64,000 bases of DNA from the human T2T-CHM13v2.0 reference genome, Homo sapiens: NCBI RefSeq assembly GCF_009914755.1, contig NC_060929.1; one strand, written 5' to 3'. Below, piece by piece: positions 46,301-60,549 of the stretch. The stretch's first letter is position 1. Every line of letters begins with the position of its first letter. A model generated the notes under the pieces. It saw nothing but the letters and a program-made list of their open reading frames with translations, was not told the DNA's origin and did no database searches. The translations under genes and the position numbers were made by a program.

Positions 46301-47710
46301 AATTTACATGGAAATGCAAAGGACTTAGAATATAATATGATCCTAAACAACAAACATGTTAGTGAATTTGTAGTAACAGAGATTAAGTCTCTCTATAAAG
46401 GTACAGAAATCAAAACAGAGAAATATTGTCCAAAGGTAGACAATAGATCATTGCACAGAAGAGTGTTCAGAAACACACACACACACATACAAACATACAC
46501 AAATCACCTGATTTATGAAAAAGGCACCATTGAAATTCACTGGAAAAAGGATGCTCTTTCAGTAAATAGTGGTGAAGATGTTATGTATCCATAAGGGGAA
46601 AAATAAGTCTTGGCCCTTTCATCACATAATTATTTTTAAATATGTCTTAGAATGAATTAATAATTAATGCAAACATTATTTTTTTAAATGTCTTAGGACG
46701 AATTGTGGAGAGTAAAATAATAAAGCTTCAGGAATAAAACATAGGAAATTATCTTTATGTCCTTGGGGTAGGCCAAGATTTCTTAAACAGGACATATACA
46801 GAAAAAGCAAATATGATAATAAAATAAAAAAAGACGATTTATACTTTATTAATATGAAGAACTTCTGTTCATGGAAAAACTCCATTAAAAAAAATTAAAA
46901 AAAAAAGCCACAGTCTAGGATAAGGCATTTGCAATACAGCAAAAGATTCTTGTTTAGAATATATTTTAAAAAGCACCTGTAAATCAATTTAAAAAACTAC
47001 CAATTTTTTTATCAGCAAAAAGCATTGAGCAGTCACTTTACAGAAAAGAATATCCAAATGGTGAGCAAGCTATGAAAAGCTCAATGTCAATACAAATCAG
47101 TTACACTCAAGTTAAACCACAATGTGATACTACCAGATACACACCCCCCAGGATGGCTAAAATTAGGACCCAAAGTACCAAGTGTGGATGGATGTGGGGA
47201 GCAACTGTCACTCATGCATTCTTGGTTGAAATGTAACTTGGCACAATGTCTTTGCTTTGGCTGTATCCACCAAAAACAAACATACGCCCACCACAGAACC
47301 CACTCCTAGATTCATATCCATGAGAAACTAGTACAAATGTGCACCAATGTCTGATACAACTATACTTGTAAAAATCCAACTGTACTTATAGCAATCCAAC
47401 ATGGGAACAACTCAAATGTTCATCAACAGTATAGACAATAAATAAATTTTGGCATATTTATCCAATAAATATTAAGGGTGAACTACTCAGTGCAATAGAT
47501 AGACATTGACCAACAGACAAACACAGAGGAATACACATTGTGTGAGTCCATTTATCTGGAATTCAACAAAGGTCCTGAAGGGCAGCATGAAAATACATAG
47601 GGAAGGAAAAGTAACCATGTTTATTGGCAGGGAATTCTTCTGAGGTTTGAAAAAAAACTCTAGTTGTTAATCTATATGCTAAATAAAATCCCTTGAGATG
47701 TACAGTTATC
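43400..47710 (+). mobile_element. Second ancient L1M (ORF2 to 3'UTR relic)
   Basis: EN start near 43690-43740, IGEFSTPLSLID relic (ORF 44100-44300), FAD relic near 45895, and collinear ORF2 and L1ME-type 3' end. Confidence 0.75.
45677..45859 (+). repeat. ~185-bp dispersed direct duplicate of 44386-44571
   Basis: About 15 mismatches and one 3-bp gap by manual alignment. The insert is flanked by CTTATGG at 45668-45674 and 45861-45867. Confidence 0.92.
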
Positions 47711-47955
47711 ATCTGTGTGTATACACATATGTTTATGTATGCATATGTTTATGTGTGCATATGGTTTTTTTCCTACTATTTTTGGCATAAAAGAAAATCT
47801 AGCTCTAACTTTATATTATTTCCATGGAAGGAAATTTCATCCAGTCATTCCTGGGGATGCTTCTCCCTCCCAGGTTCCTGGGAAAGCTGTGGGGTTTCGT
47901 TCTCCTTAGGATGCAAGGGGATGGTGGCCTTCCTGCCATGTGGTCCTTTGTGGTT

Positions 47956-48639
47956 AAAGAGAGTGTGGTCTTCTTTAAGTTTTAGGGTACCTGTGCACAA
48001 CGTGCAGGTTTGTTACCTATGTATACATATGCCATGTTGGTGTGCTGCACCCATTAACTCATCATTTAGCATTAGGTATATCTCCTAATGCTATCCCTCC
48101 CACCTCCCCCCACCCCACAACAGTCCCCGGTGTGTGATGTTCCCCTTCCTGTGTCCATGTGTTCTCATTGTTCAATTCCCACCTATGAGTGAGAACATGA
48201 GGTGTTTGGTTTTTTGTCCTTGAGATAGTTTGCTGAGAATGATGGTTTCCAGCTTCATCCATGTCTCTACAAAGGACATGAACTCATCACTTTTTTATGG
48301 CTGCATAGTATTCCATGGTGTATATGTGCCACATTTTCTTAATCCAGTCTATAATTGTTGGACATTTGGGTTGGTTCCAAGTCTTTGCTATTGTGAATAG
48401 TGCCGCAATAAACATACGTGTGCATGAGTCTTTATAGCAGCATGATTTATAATCCTTTGGGTATATACCCAGTAATAGGATGGCTGGGTCAAATGGTATT
48501 TCTAGTTCTAGATCCCTTAAAGTATAATAATAATAATAAAATACAAGAATCTGGGCACACAGTTATAGAAACTTGGTGGGGGGAATATAAGTTAATGTTC
48601 AATAAAGAGGAAGAAAAAAAAAAAGACAGTGTGGTCTTC
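47956..48639 (+). mobile_element. 5'-inverted L1PA4-like insertion with 3' transduction
   Basis: TSD AAAGASAGTGTGGTCTTC (47956-47973 and 48622-48639), antisense L1 at 47974-48516, sense L1 terminus at 48516-48541, and unique sequence at 48542-48613 with AATAAA followed by A11. Confidence 0.88.
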
Positions 48640-48895
48640 GCTCAGCCCACGGGGTCCCCTGAGGGCAGCTGGCCAGGCCTGCTTTCACTTGCTTGACAGA
48701 AGCTCTCTACTGGAGCTGGAATTCCACTGACAAGAGTTCCCTCTCCCCAGTGTTCTCTAGAAGCCATCTGCCTCTGAAGCCCTACCAGGGAACAGAGACA
48801 AACTAAGAACCGAAAACCATTGTCCCTGCACTAGTCTTGGGGGACATCTCAGACTTGCCGCCCATCTTGTTTAATTGCAAGGCAAAGTCTTTTCC

Positions 48896-48898
<3 letters not shown>

Positions 48899-48932
<34 letters not shown>

Positions 48933-48940
48933 TACACACC
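48899..48940. repeat. (CA)n microsatellite
   Basis: Read directly. Confidence 0.95.
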
Positions 48941-49701
48941 ACCCTCATCACCACCTTCCATCCACCTTAACTGGCTGCAAAGTTTTGGAAACAGAAGCTG
49001 AGAAAGGATGGAAGGTGCCCTCAGGAAACAGTTGCTTTCAACAGTGAAATTCCAAAAGTTGGTGCAAGAGAATGCAAAAGGGAACTATTTTATTACTGTT
49101 TCTAATCAGAATGAGAAAAATACAGTAATGAAGCAGAAACATATGCCTCTTTAACTTAGCTATCCTTCCAATTTATCTCTATGTAAACCCCTTTTCAAGT
49201 GGTGAGCATCTGCTTTCATGTCTGTGCCTGTTACTGTGATGAGCTCCCTGCGACAGGACCTGGAGACCTCTGAGGCCACTATCTCTAAGCACATCACAGG
49301 AGCTTAAGGTAGACCTTCAGCAATGCTCCTCTTCCAGCCTTGATTTATCTATGGCACACGAAAGAGTACTGCCTGCCTATAAGAAATCATTTACTGTGCA
49401 TTCTCAGTTCCCTAAATGCTACTGTGAATCTCCAATATCTTAAATGTTGTCTCCTAATTTTTTTGTTACTGAGAGTTCCAGCCTCTCTCAAAGGTCTCCC
49501 TGCATCCTCACTGTTCCCTCCTGCCTGATGCTTTATTTCATCACCATCAAAGTCAATACAAAGCCTCCTGTAATTCATCATGACAAACAAATTTGTTTCC
49601 AGCTCGCAAAAGTACAAAAATAGTGTTGACGTTGGTATTCGTTGGAAATTTAGATCTGACCAATTTATTACAGTGTTCCATATATTTTGGGATAATTTTT
49701 T

Positions 49702-50442
<741 letters not shown>

Positions 50443-50943
50443 TTTTTTAGTTAGAAAAGTTTTCTATAAAATCCCTCTATTTAAAAAATATATATTTTTT
50501 TACTGCCAGGCACATCAACCCCCTTATTTCACTGGACAAATGAACAAATACAACAGAGAATCCAGATTTACATTCAGTGGAACAGAATGTAAATCGTGCT
50601 TTCTCTTCATCACCAAGTGCCTGAAATGGCAGTTCATCCTGATTACTTCAGACAGAGTCTGTACAACTTTCAAGTGTATATCCAACAAGATTGACTTATT
50701 TGTTTCTCTTTAACCTTACTTTCTTGTTATTTTGACAATGTAAAATAGTCCAGGGGCTAGTTTGTGAGATTCTTCCAAAATATTCATATAATAAGCAACT
50801 GACTTAACTAGCAATTTCCAGTAATTTAACAATCCAAATGGTTTTGTTATAAAGTATTATGCTTTCTTTCTAAAACTGAAAAGTAAACATTTTGATGCCA
50901 ATTATTAGAGGTTTTTATTTACATTGTTTTATACGGCTAATGA

Positions 50944-51249
<306 letters not shown>

Positions 51250-51604
51250 TCATGACACAATTTTTAACACAAGAATTACAATAGATTCATAAAGATGTTA
51301 ACTAAATTAAGGTCTTTTTGTTGCTCTGGATCCCAGGATCTGGAAACAGAGGGCAAGACATAGTGATTAATAATGTCTTCCTCATTTTGTAGAAAAAGTC
51401 TTTAATATGCCTGTGGTGGACACAAAAAGTGGTAAATGAGTATTTTGTTTAGAACTTGCTATTGCCATCTACAAGGGTACAGTCTTCTGATTTCAGACAG
51501 CTGATGTGGATGGGTCAGTAGATGGATATTAGCTACAAACAGGCTACAGTAGATTTGTCCAGCAGGAACTAGGGGACCCCAAGTTTGCACAGCTTTATAA
51601 GGTA

Positions 51605-52210
51605 GAAGTCAGTGTGGCGATTCCTCAGGGATCTAGAACTGGAAATACCATTTGACCCAGCCATCCCATTACTGAGTATATACCCAAAGGACTATAAATC
51701 ATGCTGCTATAAAGACACATGCACACGTATGTTTATTGTGGCATTATTCACAATAGCAAAGACTTGGAACCAACCCAAATGTCCAACAATGATAGACTGG
51801 ATTAAGAAAATGTAGCACATATACACCATGGAATACTATGCAGCCATAAAAAATGATGAGTTCATGTCCTTTGTAGGGACATGGATGAAATTGGAAATCA
51901 TCATTCTCAGTAAACTATCACAAGAACAAAAAACCAAACACCGCATATTCTCACTCATAGGTGGGAATTGAACAATGAGAACACATGGACACAGGAAGGG
52001 GAACATCACACTCTGGGGACTGTTGTGGGGTGGGGGGAGGTGGGAGGGATAGCATCGGGAGATATACCTAATGCTAGATGACGAGTTAGTGGGTGCAGTG
52101 CACCAGCATGGCACATGTATACATATGTAACTAACCTGCACAATGTGCACATGTACCCTAAAACTTAAAGTATAATAATAAAAAAAAATAAAAATAAAAA
52201 TAAAAATAAA
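51605..52210 (+). mobile_element. 5'-truncated L1PA2-like 3' end
   Basis: ORF2 C-terminus ([15 protein letters not shown]...) and 3'UTR with GATGACGAGTTAGTGGG and CACAATGTGCAC, then an A-rich tail. No TSD seen. Confidence 0.93.
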
Positions 52211-52917
52211 GATCCCGTCAGAAGCCAAGATCTGGGTGTCTTCCCCACTGGTTAGCTGGGACAGAAGGCAGTGCACTTAGTTAAGCTACGACACAGGTTT
52301 TTCATCTATTAAAATAAGGCCGTTGGGCAAGCCTTCATCTCTGAGGGCCGTCCAAATCCCACATTCGCTGATCATGAATCAGACACTTGGGGTCTGTAAT
52401 TCTGTCTCCTCAAAGCCACGAGACTTGTGCAGCGGCATCACATCCCTATTGTGACTCAATGTATTAAGCAGTCATGAAAATCATACTGACAGGGGCTCCT
52501 CTCAGACCCATAAAAGGCACCACCACATTAGGCTGCACATACACAGGCCCACGACTGCCTCTTGCCTTTCAGGAAGTGTGTTTTAAAAGTGCCCACATGC
52601 TCTTTCTAAGAAGGTAACACTTCTCGAGGTTCAGAAGGAGCCAAAATGACCTCAGGAGTACCTTGTTCTTTGTTATAAAGCAATAGGGGGCACATGCCAA
52701 GACACTGAATTCAGCTTGTCAGACGAGGTCAGAAAGCAAGAGCACTGCCTGGAATGTGTATTCATCAGAATGCATTGTCTTCAGAGGTGTGTGCAGACAA
52801 ATTCTGCCAGCTCCTGAAGTACAGGTGACTTTATTGGTAGGTAAGGCTGAATCTATGCTGAAGCATACCTAGGTGTGTCTAGCACAGCAACTATCTCCAT
52901 CATACCTTCTACAAGAC

Positions 52918-53610
<693 letters not shown>

Positions 53611-53949
53611 TGACATTCACTGATGCTCAGCTGAAACCATGACTCTTCCGACCCAATCCTGGGCCAAACCCTCTGTATTGTTCACCATTTATACTCTCAT
53701 TGATCAGGTGTTGCTTTGAATTGTGCAGTGTTCCCACACACACATGCACACACACACACCCACATACACATGCATACACACAAGCACTCACAGGTGTGCC
53801 TGCCACACTTCTGCTCCTATAGTAACTTGCTCTCAGCTTTTCTGAGATTTTAACTCCTCTGCCCTACAGTTAAAACAGAAGTCTTAACCTAAGTATGATT
53901 TGCATGAAAACAAAACAATTTATAAAGCTGGGGCAGGTCTCCACTCAGT

Positions 53950-54269
53950 TGTTTTTTTTTGTTTGTTTTTTTGTTTTTTTTTTTTTTTGAGACGGAGTCT
54001 CACTCTGTCACCCAGACTGGAGTGCAGTGGCGTGATCTTGGCTCACTGCAAGCTCCGCCTCCCGGGTTCACGCCATTCTACTGACTCAGCCTCCTGAGTA
54101 GCTGGGACTACAGGTGCCCGCCAGCACGCCCGGCTAATTTTTTCTATTTTTAGCAGAGACGGGGCTTCACCATGTTAGCCAGGATGGTGTCGATCTCCTG
54201 ACCTCATGATCCGCACGCCTCGATCTCCCAAAGTGCTGGGATTACAGGCATGAGCCACTGCGCCCGGCC
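53950..54269 (-). mobile_element. AluY
   Basis: Diagnostic caagctccgcctcccgggttcacgccattct and gttagccaggatgg. TCCMCTCAGT occurs on both flanks. Confidence 0.95.
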
Positions 54270-55076
54270 TCCCCTCAGTATTTTGAGGTAAATATCCTGG
54301 ATAAACACTAAAAGCATCTTTAATGAAGCCGACATAAAAGGAAGAGCTAAAGTGAGAGAATATCTTTACAGTCTTCATCTATTCTGATTTCATGGCGCCT
54401 CCCTGGCAACATTCGTGTGCCCAGGAGGCTGGTGGAGGGAAGAAGATGTCTCCACACATGCGTGTGTTCATATGGAAAGGTCCCTGGTTCATTGAGGGTG
54501 ATCTGTGGTTTTCCCACAAAAGCTGCGTGATTTTCAAAGGAGAAAGTCTAGATTTCTGTTCTTTTAGATTCTCTCAAAATGAAAAAAAAAAAACAAGCTA
54601 ACTCTATATTTTAAGTTTAATTTTTTTCTCCCATAAAACCAAATCCAAAATTTGAATAAAGCGACCAATTGATATATTTTCCTAGCACTTTTCGGCTCAT
54701 CAATGAGTTTACCTTGGCTATTGAGATGGATAGGGCTGACTAGTTATTTTACACATATCTGTACTTTTATCATTACACAAGATTTGGTTGTAAAGTATCA
54801 AGATGGTTTTAAAGAAATAACATCCTGAAGGTAACACTTGTTAGCTGTGTATCAAATGCATTGCAGGCACTCATATTCATGCACACAGCAGGCATTTATT
54901 GATTGCCTATTTTGCACCAGGCTCCTTGTGATGGAAGTTGAGGAGAGTGGCTTGTGGTGCCTCCCCTGGCCCACCTGCTTCCTGGTGCTGATGTTCAGGG
55001 ACAATTGGGGGCCACTCTGCCCATGGGTGAGCTACAAAAAGTCAGACCCAGGATGCATCATTCTTTTATCCACAGG

Positions 55077-56045
55077 ATACACATGTGTACACACAACACA
55101 CACATGCACACACATGTACATACACTTATACACACACTATACACACATATATACACACATACACACTATACACAAATACATAATACACTACACATATGCA
55201 CACACATGTACACACACATGCACATATATACACACTATATATACATGTACACATATATGCACTATATACATGTATATACACATAGACATGTATACACACA
55301 CCACATATGCACACACATTCACATATACACACTATACACTCATCTATACATGTTTACACACTATAATACACACTGCATGCACATATGTGCACATACATAT
55401 ACACACTATACACTCATACACTATAATACACACACCACACATGCACACACTATACACACACATAATACACACATTACACATATGCACACACTATACACAC
55501 GTAACACACTACACATATGCACACACATGCACATACACATATACACACACTATGCACCATATATACACATATACACACTATAATACATTACACATATGCA
55601 CACTTTCACATACACATATACGCATACTATACACTCATATATACATGTATACACACTGTAATACACACTACACATGCACACAATGCACATACACATGTCC
55701 ACACACTATACACTCATATATACACACATATACACATAATACCCACACTACACATATGCACACACTATACAGACATATATACATTTATAGACCCTATACA
55801 CAAATACACACACATAATACACATACTAAACATGTGCACACACATGCAAATACACATATACACACAGTACACACAAATACACATATACACACTATACACA
55901 AATACACATAATACACACACTACACATGTGCACACACTTGTACATACACATATACACACACTATACATGCATATATACACATATACCCACTATACACAAA
56001 TACACACACGTAATGCACTACACATATGTGCACACACACCGCACA
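55077..56045. repeat. ~970-bp degenerate (CA/TA)n purine-pyrimidine array
   Basis: Read directly. It is the source of the H/T/Y/I-rich ORFs. Confidence 0.97.
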
Positions 56046-57209
56046 TTCTATTAAGTTGCTCAAACTTCCCTTTCAACCATCTTAAATCAGAAAGTTTGGT
56101 ATTTTTCAGAGTCTAAAACATCCTCAAAGGTAATGAGGTGCTATGGAATTTAAGGCAATTCCAAGAGGAAAACTGGAAACACTGGGAGCATCTGGGCTGT
56201 GACCCCGGAGCAAGGCAGAGACTGCCTGCGAGGCAGTGTGGAGGGAGGACACTCATCTGAAGTGCACATTCTAGCTTGCTGGTTAAAATCGCCTTCATGA
56301 TGGTATTGTCACACTTTGTATCTAGGCTTTCACTTTCTTTTTATGCATAAAAATTTCAGCATTGATCTCAGCAGGAAACAGCCAAAAAACAGCATGCACT
56401 CTGCAACGGCTGTAAGAGCAAGGTCTCATTTGATAAAACGGCTAGGCACAATAGTTTAATCTTCAGCATCTGAAGGCATGAAAGTTTGAATTTTACAGGC
56501 ACCTGTTAAAATCTAATCATGACACCACAATTAAATTGGCCAGAGTTATGATTCTTATGATTAAATAATGATATAATTCTAACCGTCGGGTGGGGAAATT
56601 CAGCTAAACAAACCACTCTACAAAATCCTCCAGATTGCAGGAAAATTTTAATGACTTAAGGGCCATAGTACAAATCCTGCACATCAGCCTAGCAGAGCTA
56701 CACTGCTATCCTGGGGCTGTGGGGATTGTATCTTGACGTAAATTGTGCCTCAGCATGCATCCTTAACTTTACAATGCAAGTGTTTGCTGTGAGTTCCTAC
56801 AGGCTCTGTTCCTGTTGGCTTTCCAACACAGACATTCGCCTCTAGTGACACAAGCCATGAACAGCCCTCCCATGCCCACGTCCTCAACACACAACTCTTA
56901 GAAGAGCATCACAAGGCAGGTAGTGAATCTGCCACTGTGCAAGCGTCTAATTTTCTCAGGCCCTAGGACTACAAGAAGTTAATTTATTCCTGGAGTGGAT
57001 TGAGGAATCTACACCTAAATGCTGACGCCAAATAGAGCCAACAGCCACAGCTCAGTCTGCGTCTGGGCAGTGCGAGTGGATGGGGCCTTTCACTGACCTG
57101 AGAGCATTCAGGGAAACACTGCAGAAGTCTATCCTTAATAAGAGCCGGCAAGGTGGGAGGCTATCAATATTCCCTTCCAGGCTCCTCAAAAAGCTAAATA
57201 CAGAATTAC

Positions 57210-57579
57210 TGTATTAGTTCATTTTCATGCTGCTGATAAAGACATACCCAAGACTGGTTAATTTATAAAGGAAAGAGGTTTAATGGACTCACAGTTCCAC
57301 ATGGCTTGGGGGACCTCACAATCATGGTAGAAGGTGAATGAGGAGCAAAGTTACATCTTACGTGGTGGCAGGCAAGAGAGAATGAGAATCACGTGAAAGG
57401 GGTTTCTCCTTCAAAACCATCAGATCTCGTGAGACTTATTTACTATCACGAGAACAGTATGGGGGAAACTGGTCCCATGATTCAATTGCCTCCCACCAAC
57501 TCCCTCCCACAACAGGTGGGAATTATGGGAGATACAATTCAAGATGAGATTTGGGTAGGGACACAGCCAAACCATATCA
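57210..57579 (-). mobile_element. THE1B-like MaLR solo LTR
   Basis: tgtattagt...gctgataaagacatacccaagactgg...ggacacagccaaaccatatca. 5-bp TSD ATTAC at 57205-57209 and 57580-57584. Confidence 0.92.
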
Positions 57580-58107
57580 ATTACCATATGATCCAGGACT
57601 TCTCCTGCTAGGTACACACCCAAGAGAGTTGAAAATAGGTACTCAAACAAAGGCATGTACACACATGTTTACAGAGGCAGTATTTAGAGTAGTCAAAAGG
57701 TATAAGTAAATGAAATGTCTATCAGCTGATGAATGGGTAAACAAAATGTGTTCCATCCATAAAACAGAATAAAATTTGGGCAAGAAAAGAAGTACTGATA
57801 CACGGTGCAACACGATAAACCTCAAAAACATACACTGAGTGAAAGGAACGAGACTCAAAAGGGCACACATTGTATCATTTTATTTGCATGAAACATCCAG
57901 AATTGGTAAATCCATAGAAACAGAAAGCAGATTGGAGGTAGCCAGGCACTGAGGGAGGGGGAAATGAGGAGAAATTGCTTAATGGCCAGAGAGGTTTAGT
58001 TTGGGATGATGAAAAAGGCTTTGGAACTCCATAGAGGTGAGGTTTGCATAACACTGTGAATATACTAGATGCCACTGAACTGTACACATTAAAATGATTA
58101 AATTTGT

Positions 58108-58580
58108 GGCCGGGCATAGCAGCCCACAACTGAACGAGAGGCATGTGCTCTCCCTGACTCACTCTGTCTCACTTTCTCTATCTCTCTCTCTCCCTTCTCT
58201 CTCCTCCTTTCTTTCTGTCTCTCCCCCTCTTTTCTGTTCTTCCCTCTTCTCCCACATTTCTGTCTCTCTACACTCTTCTCTCCCTCTCTTTTCTTCTCTT
58301 TCTTTCTGAAAGCAGCGCAATCCTAACACTTTGGGAGGTGGAGATGGGAGGAACCCCTGAGCCCAGACCAGCCTTGGCAACATAGGTAGGCTCTATCTCT
58401 ACAAAAAATTTAAAAATTAGCCTGGCATGGTGGCACATGCCTGTAGTCCCAGCTGATCCAGGCAGGAGAATCGCTTCAGCCCAGGAGAATGAGGCTGCAG
58501 TGAACCACGACTGCATCACTGCACTCCAGTCTGGGTGGTAAAGCAAGACATTAACTCAAAAATATATAAATAAATAGAAA
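58108..58580 (+). mobile_element. AluJ-like element interrupted by a ~185-bp CT-rich insert
   Basis: GGCCGGGCATAGCAGCCCACAACTG (58108-58132), then the insert, then CAATCCTAACACTTTGGGAGG from ~58318. Approximate TSD TTAAAATGAYTAAWTTT. Confidence 0.85.
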
Positions 58581-59914
58581 TATTAAAATGACTAATTTTA
58601 TGCTATGTGAATTTCACCGTAATTTTTGTAAATCAATTGTGAGTGTATAGCCTCCACCGTCTAAGTCTGGCCAGGTCAGTGAGGGCAACTCCAACCCACA
58701 CCAGGAAACATGGACATGGAGCATGCATGCTGGGTACAGCATTTTGTCACTGTTGTTTTTTTTGTTTATGTCTTTGTTTCTGCTTTTGTCCAAAAGCTCT
58801 AACAAACATCAGCAGTGGCTTTGCACCACTTAGCAGGACATCATCTCTGGATGACACCCAAAGGCACTGTCTGGCAGCTTCCAGCCAGCATGGACCAGAC
58901 ACTGACTCTCCGGGGAACTTAGCCCTCTACCGACTTGGAAGAAAAGAGACGGTAGCAGTGGCTCAAAGCTGATGTGATGTGGGGACCCACAGACATCACC
59001 GTGGACTGAATCAGCAGAGCAAACGCCATGAGAAGGTATCAGGCTACAACTTCCGAAAATGCAGCTTAGCAAGAGACAGCTCGATGAACAGGCATCCAGA
59101 ACATGGCACCTTCTTGCAAAGAAAGGCTGACCTTGAGGAACTGCTGAGATACGCACTTGTTTCTGCAAAGAGTCACTGTGTTTCCCACCCAATACCCACA
59201 GTGAACGCGCTCAGTGCGCGGGCCTTTGGCCAGACCTACTCTCAGGGTGTTTTCTCATGACAGCAAAGCCTTTTAACATGTTAGGACCAATGGTGCAAGA
59301 CCATCCAACCCAAAATCAGCCTCTCTAGGTAGACCTGCCTTGGCTTCATTCAGAACAACAGCGTACACTCAACGGCAAGCTCCAGTGGGCTCCAGCTTCC
59401 CTGAACAGGAACACAGAGTCTGCCCTCTGGAGAGGGAGCTGAACCCCCAGGGAGGCAGAGAGGGGAGGAAGGGGGAGGGCAGAGAAGACACAGGGCTCTG
59501 TAGCCCCACGGTCTGCCCCAGGGCTGGTGGACATCGCCCTGAGTCCTCAGCTGTCACCGCTGGGGACAGTGACAAAGGCCTCTTCATCATCACACATTGT
59601 GTTCTGCACTCTCCCTCAGCCAGTGCACACAGGTCTCTCCCGCTGCCCATGTTATCACAGAGCTGGAAACACTTGGGCCTGGCCTATGTTCCATTTCTCT
59701 GGAATGTCTTCCTTTCTTGTTCTAAAAATTGGGTGCCCTGCTAGTTTTACTGTCAACTTTCCTTCCCTCCCCTTTTTATCATCCCCCCTCCCCATTTCAA
59801 TTAAATAAATGGCTTTGAGCAGAGAAAAAAAATTTGGGGGCATCCCATAACGCTGATGCCTGGGCACATGTGCCATCTGCCCTATTACAGCCCTGGCACG
59901 CTCACTCTAACCCC

Positions 59915-60545
59915 CATCCCACCTCTCTGCCTCTCTGCCCCTCTCTCACTCTCTCGCTCTCCCTTTCTCTCTGTCTCTCTCTCCCTGTCTCTCTCCTCTT
60001 TTCTTTCTATTCCTGTCTTTCTCTCTCCCTTTCTGTTCCTCCCTCTTCCCCCACATCTCTGTCTCTCTACACCCTTCTCTCCCCATCTCCTCTTCTCTCT
60101 CTTCCCCTATTTTTCTCTCTCCCCCTTTGTCTCTGTGTCTCTCCCCCTTCCTGTCTGTCTCCTTCTCTTTCTGTCTCCCTGTCTCTCTCCCTCTCCCTTT
60201 CTCTATCATCATTATCTCTCTCTCTCCCTCTCGCTGTCTCTCTCCCTCTCTGTTTTTCTCCCCCTCTCCCTCTCTCTCCCTTTTTCCCTATCTCTCTCCC
60301 TCTATCTCTGTCTCCCTCCCTTTCTCCCTGTCTCTTTCCCTCTCCCTGTCTCTTTCCCTATCTCTACCATCATCTCTGTCTCTCTCCCTCTCTGTCTCTC
60401 TTTCCCTCTCCCTGTCTCTATCATCGTCTCTGTCTCTCCCCCTCTCTGTCTCTCTCTCTCTCTCCCTGTCTCTCTCCCTCTCTCTCTGTCTCTTTCCCTC
60501 TCTCCTGTCTTGCCCCCACCCGGCCTCTCTCTCTCCCTCCTCTCC
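59915..60545. repeat. ~630-bp (CT)-rich polypyrimidine tract
   Basis: Read directly. It is the source of the S/L/P-rich ORFs. Confidence 0.97.
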
Positions 60546-60549
60546 AAGT

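Larger units (their letters stand above)
57172..58630 (+). mobile_element. L1MB-like 3' end with nested THE1 LTR and Alu
   Basis: ctcaaaaagctaaatacagaattac|catatgatcc...tccatagaaacagaaagcagattgg...gccactgaactgtacac...ttttatgctatgtgaatttcacc. Confidence 0.8.

Noticed and set aside
54838-56116. His/Thr/Tyr-rich ORFs of 199-357 aa
   Set aside because: Translations of the CA/TA low-complexity array.
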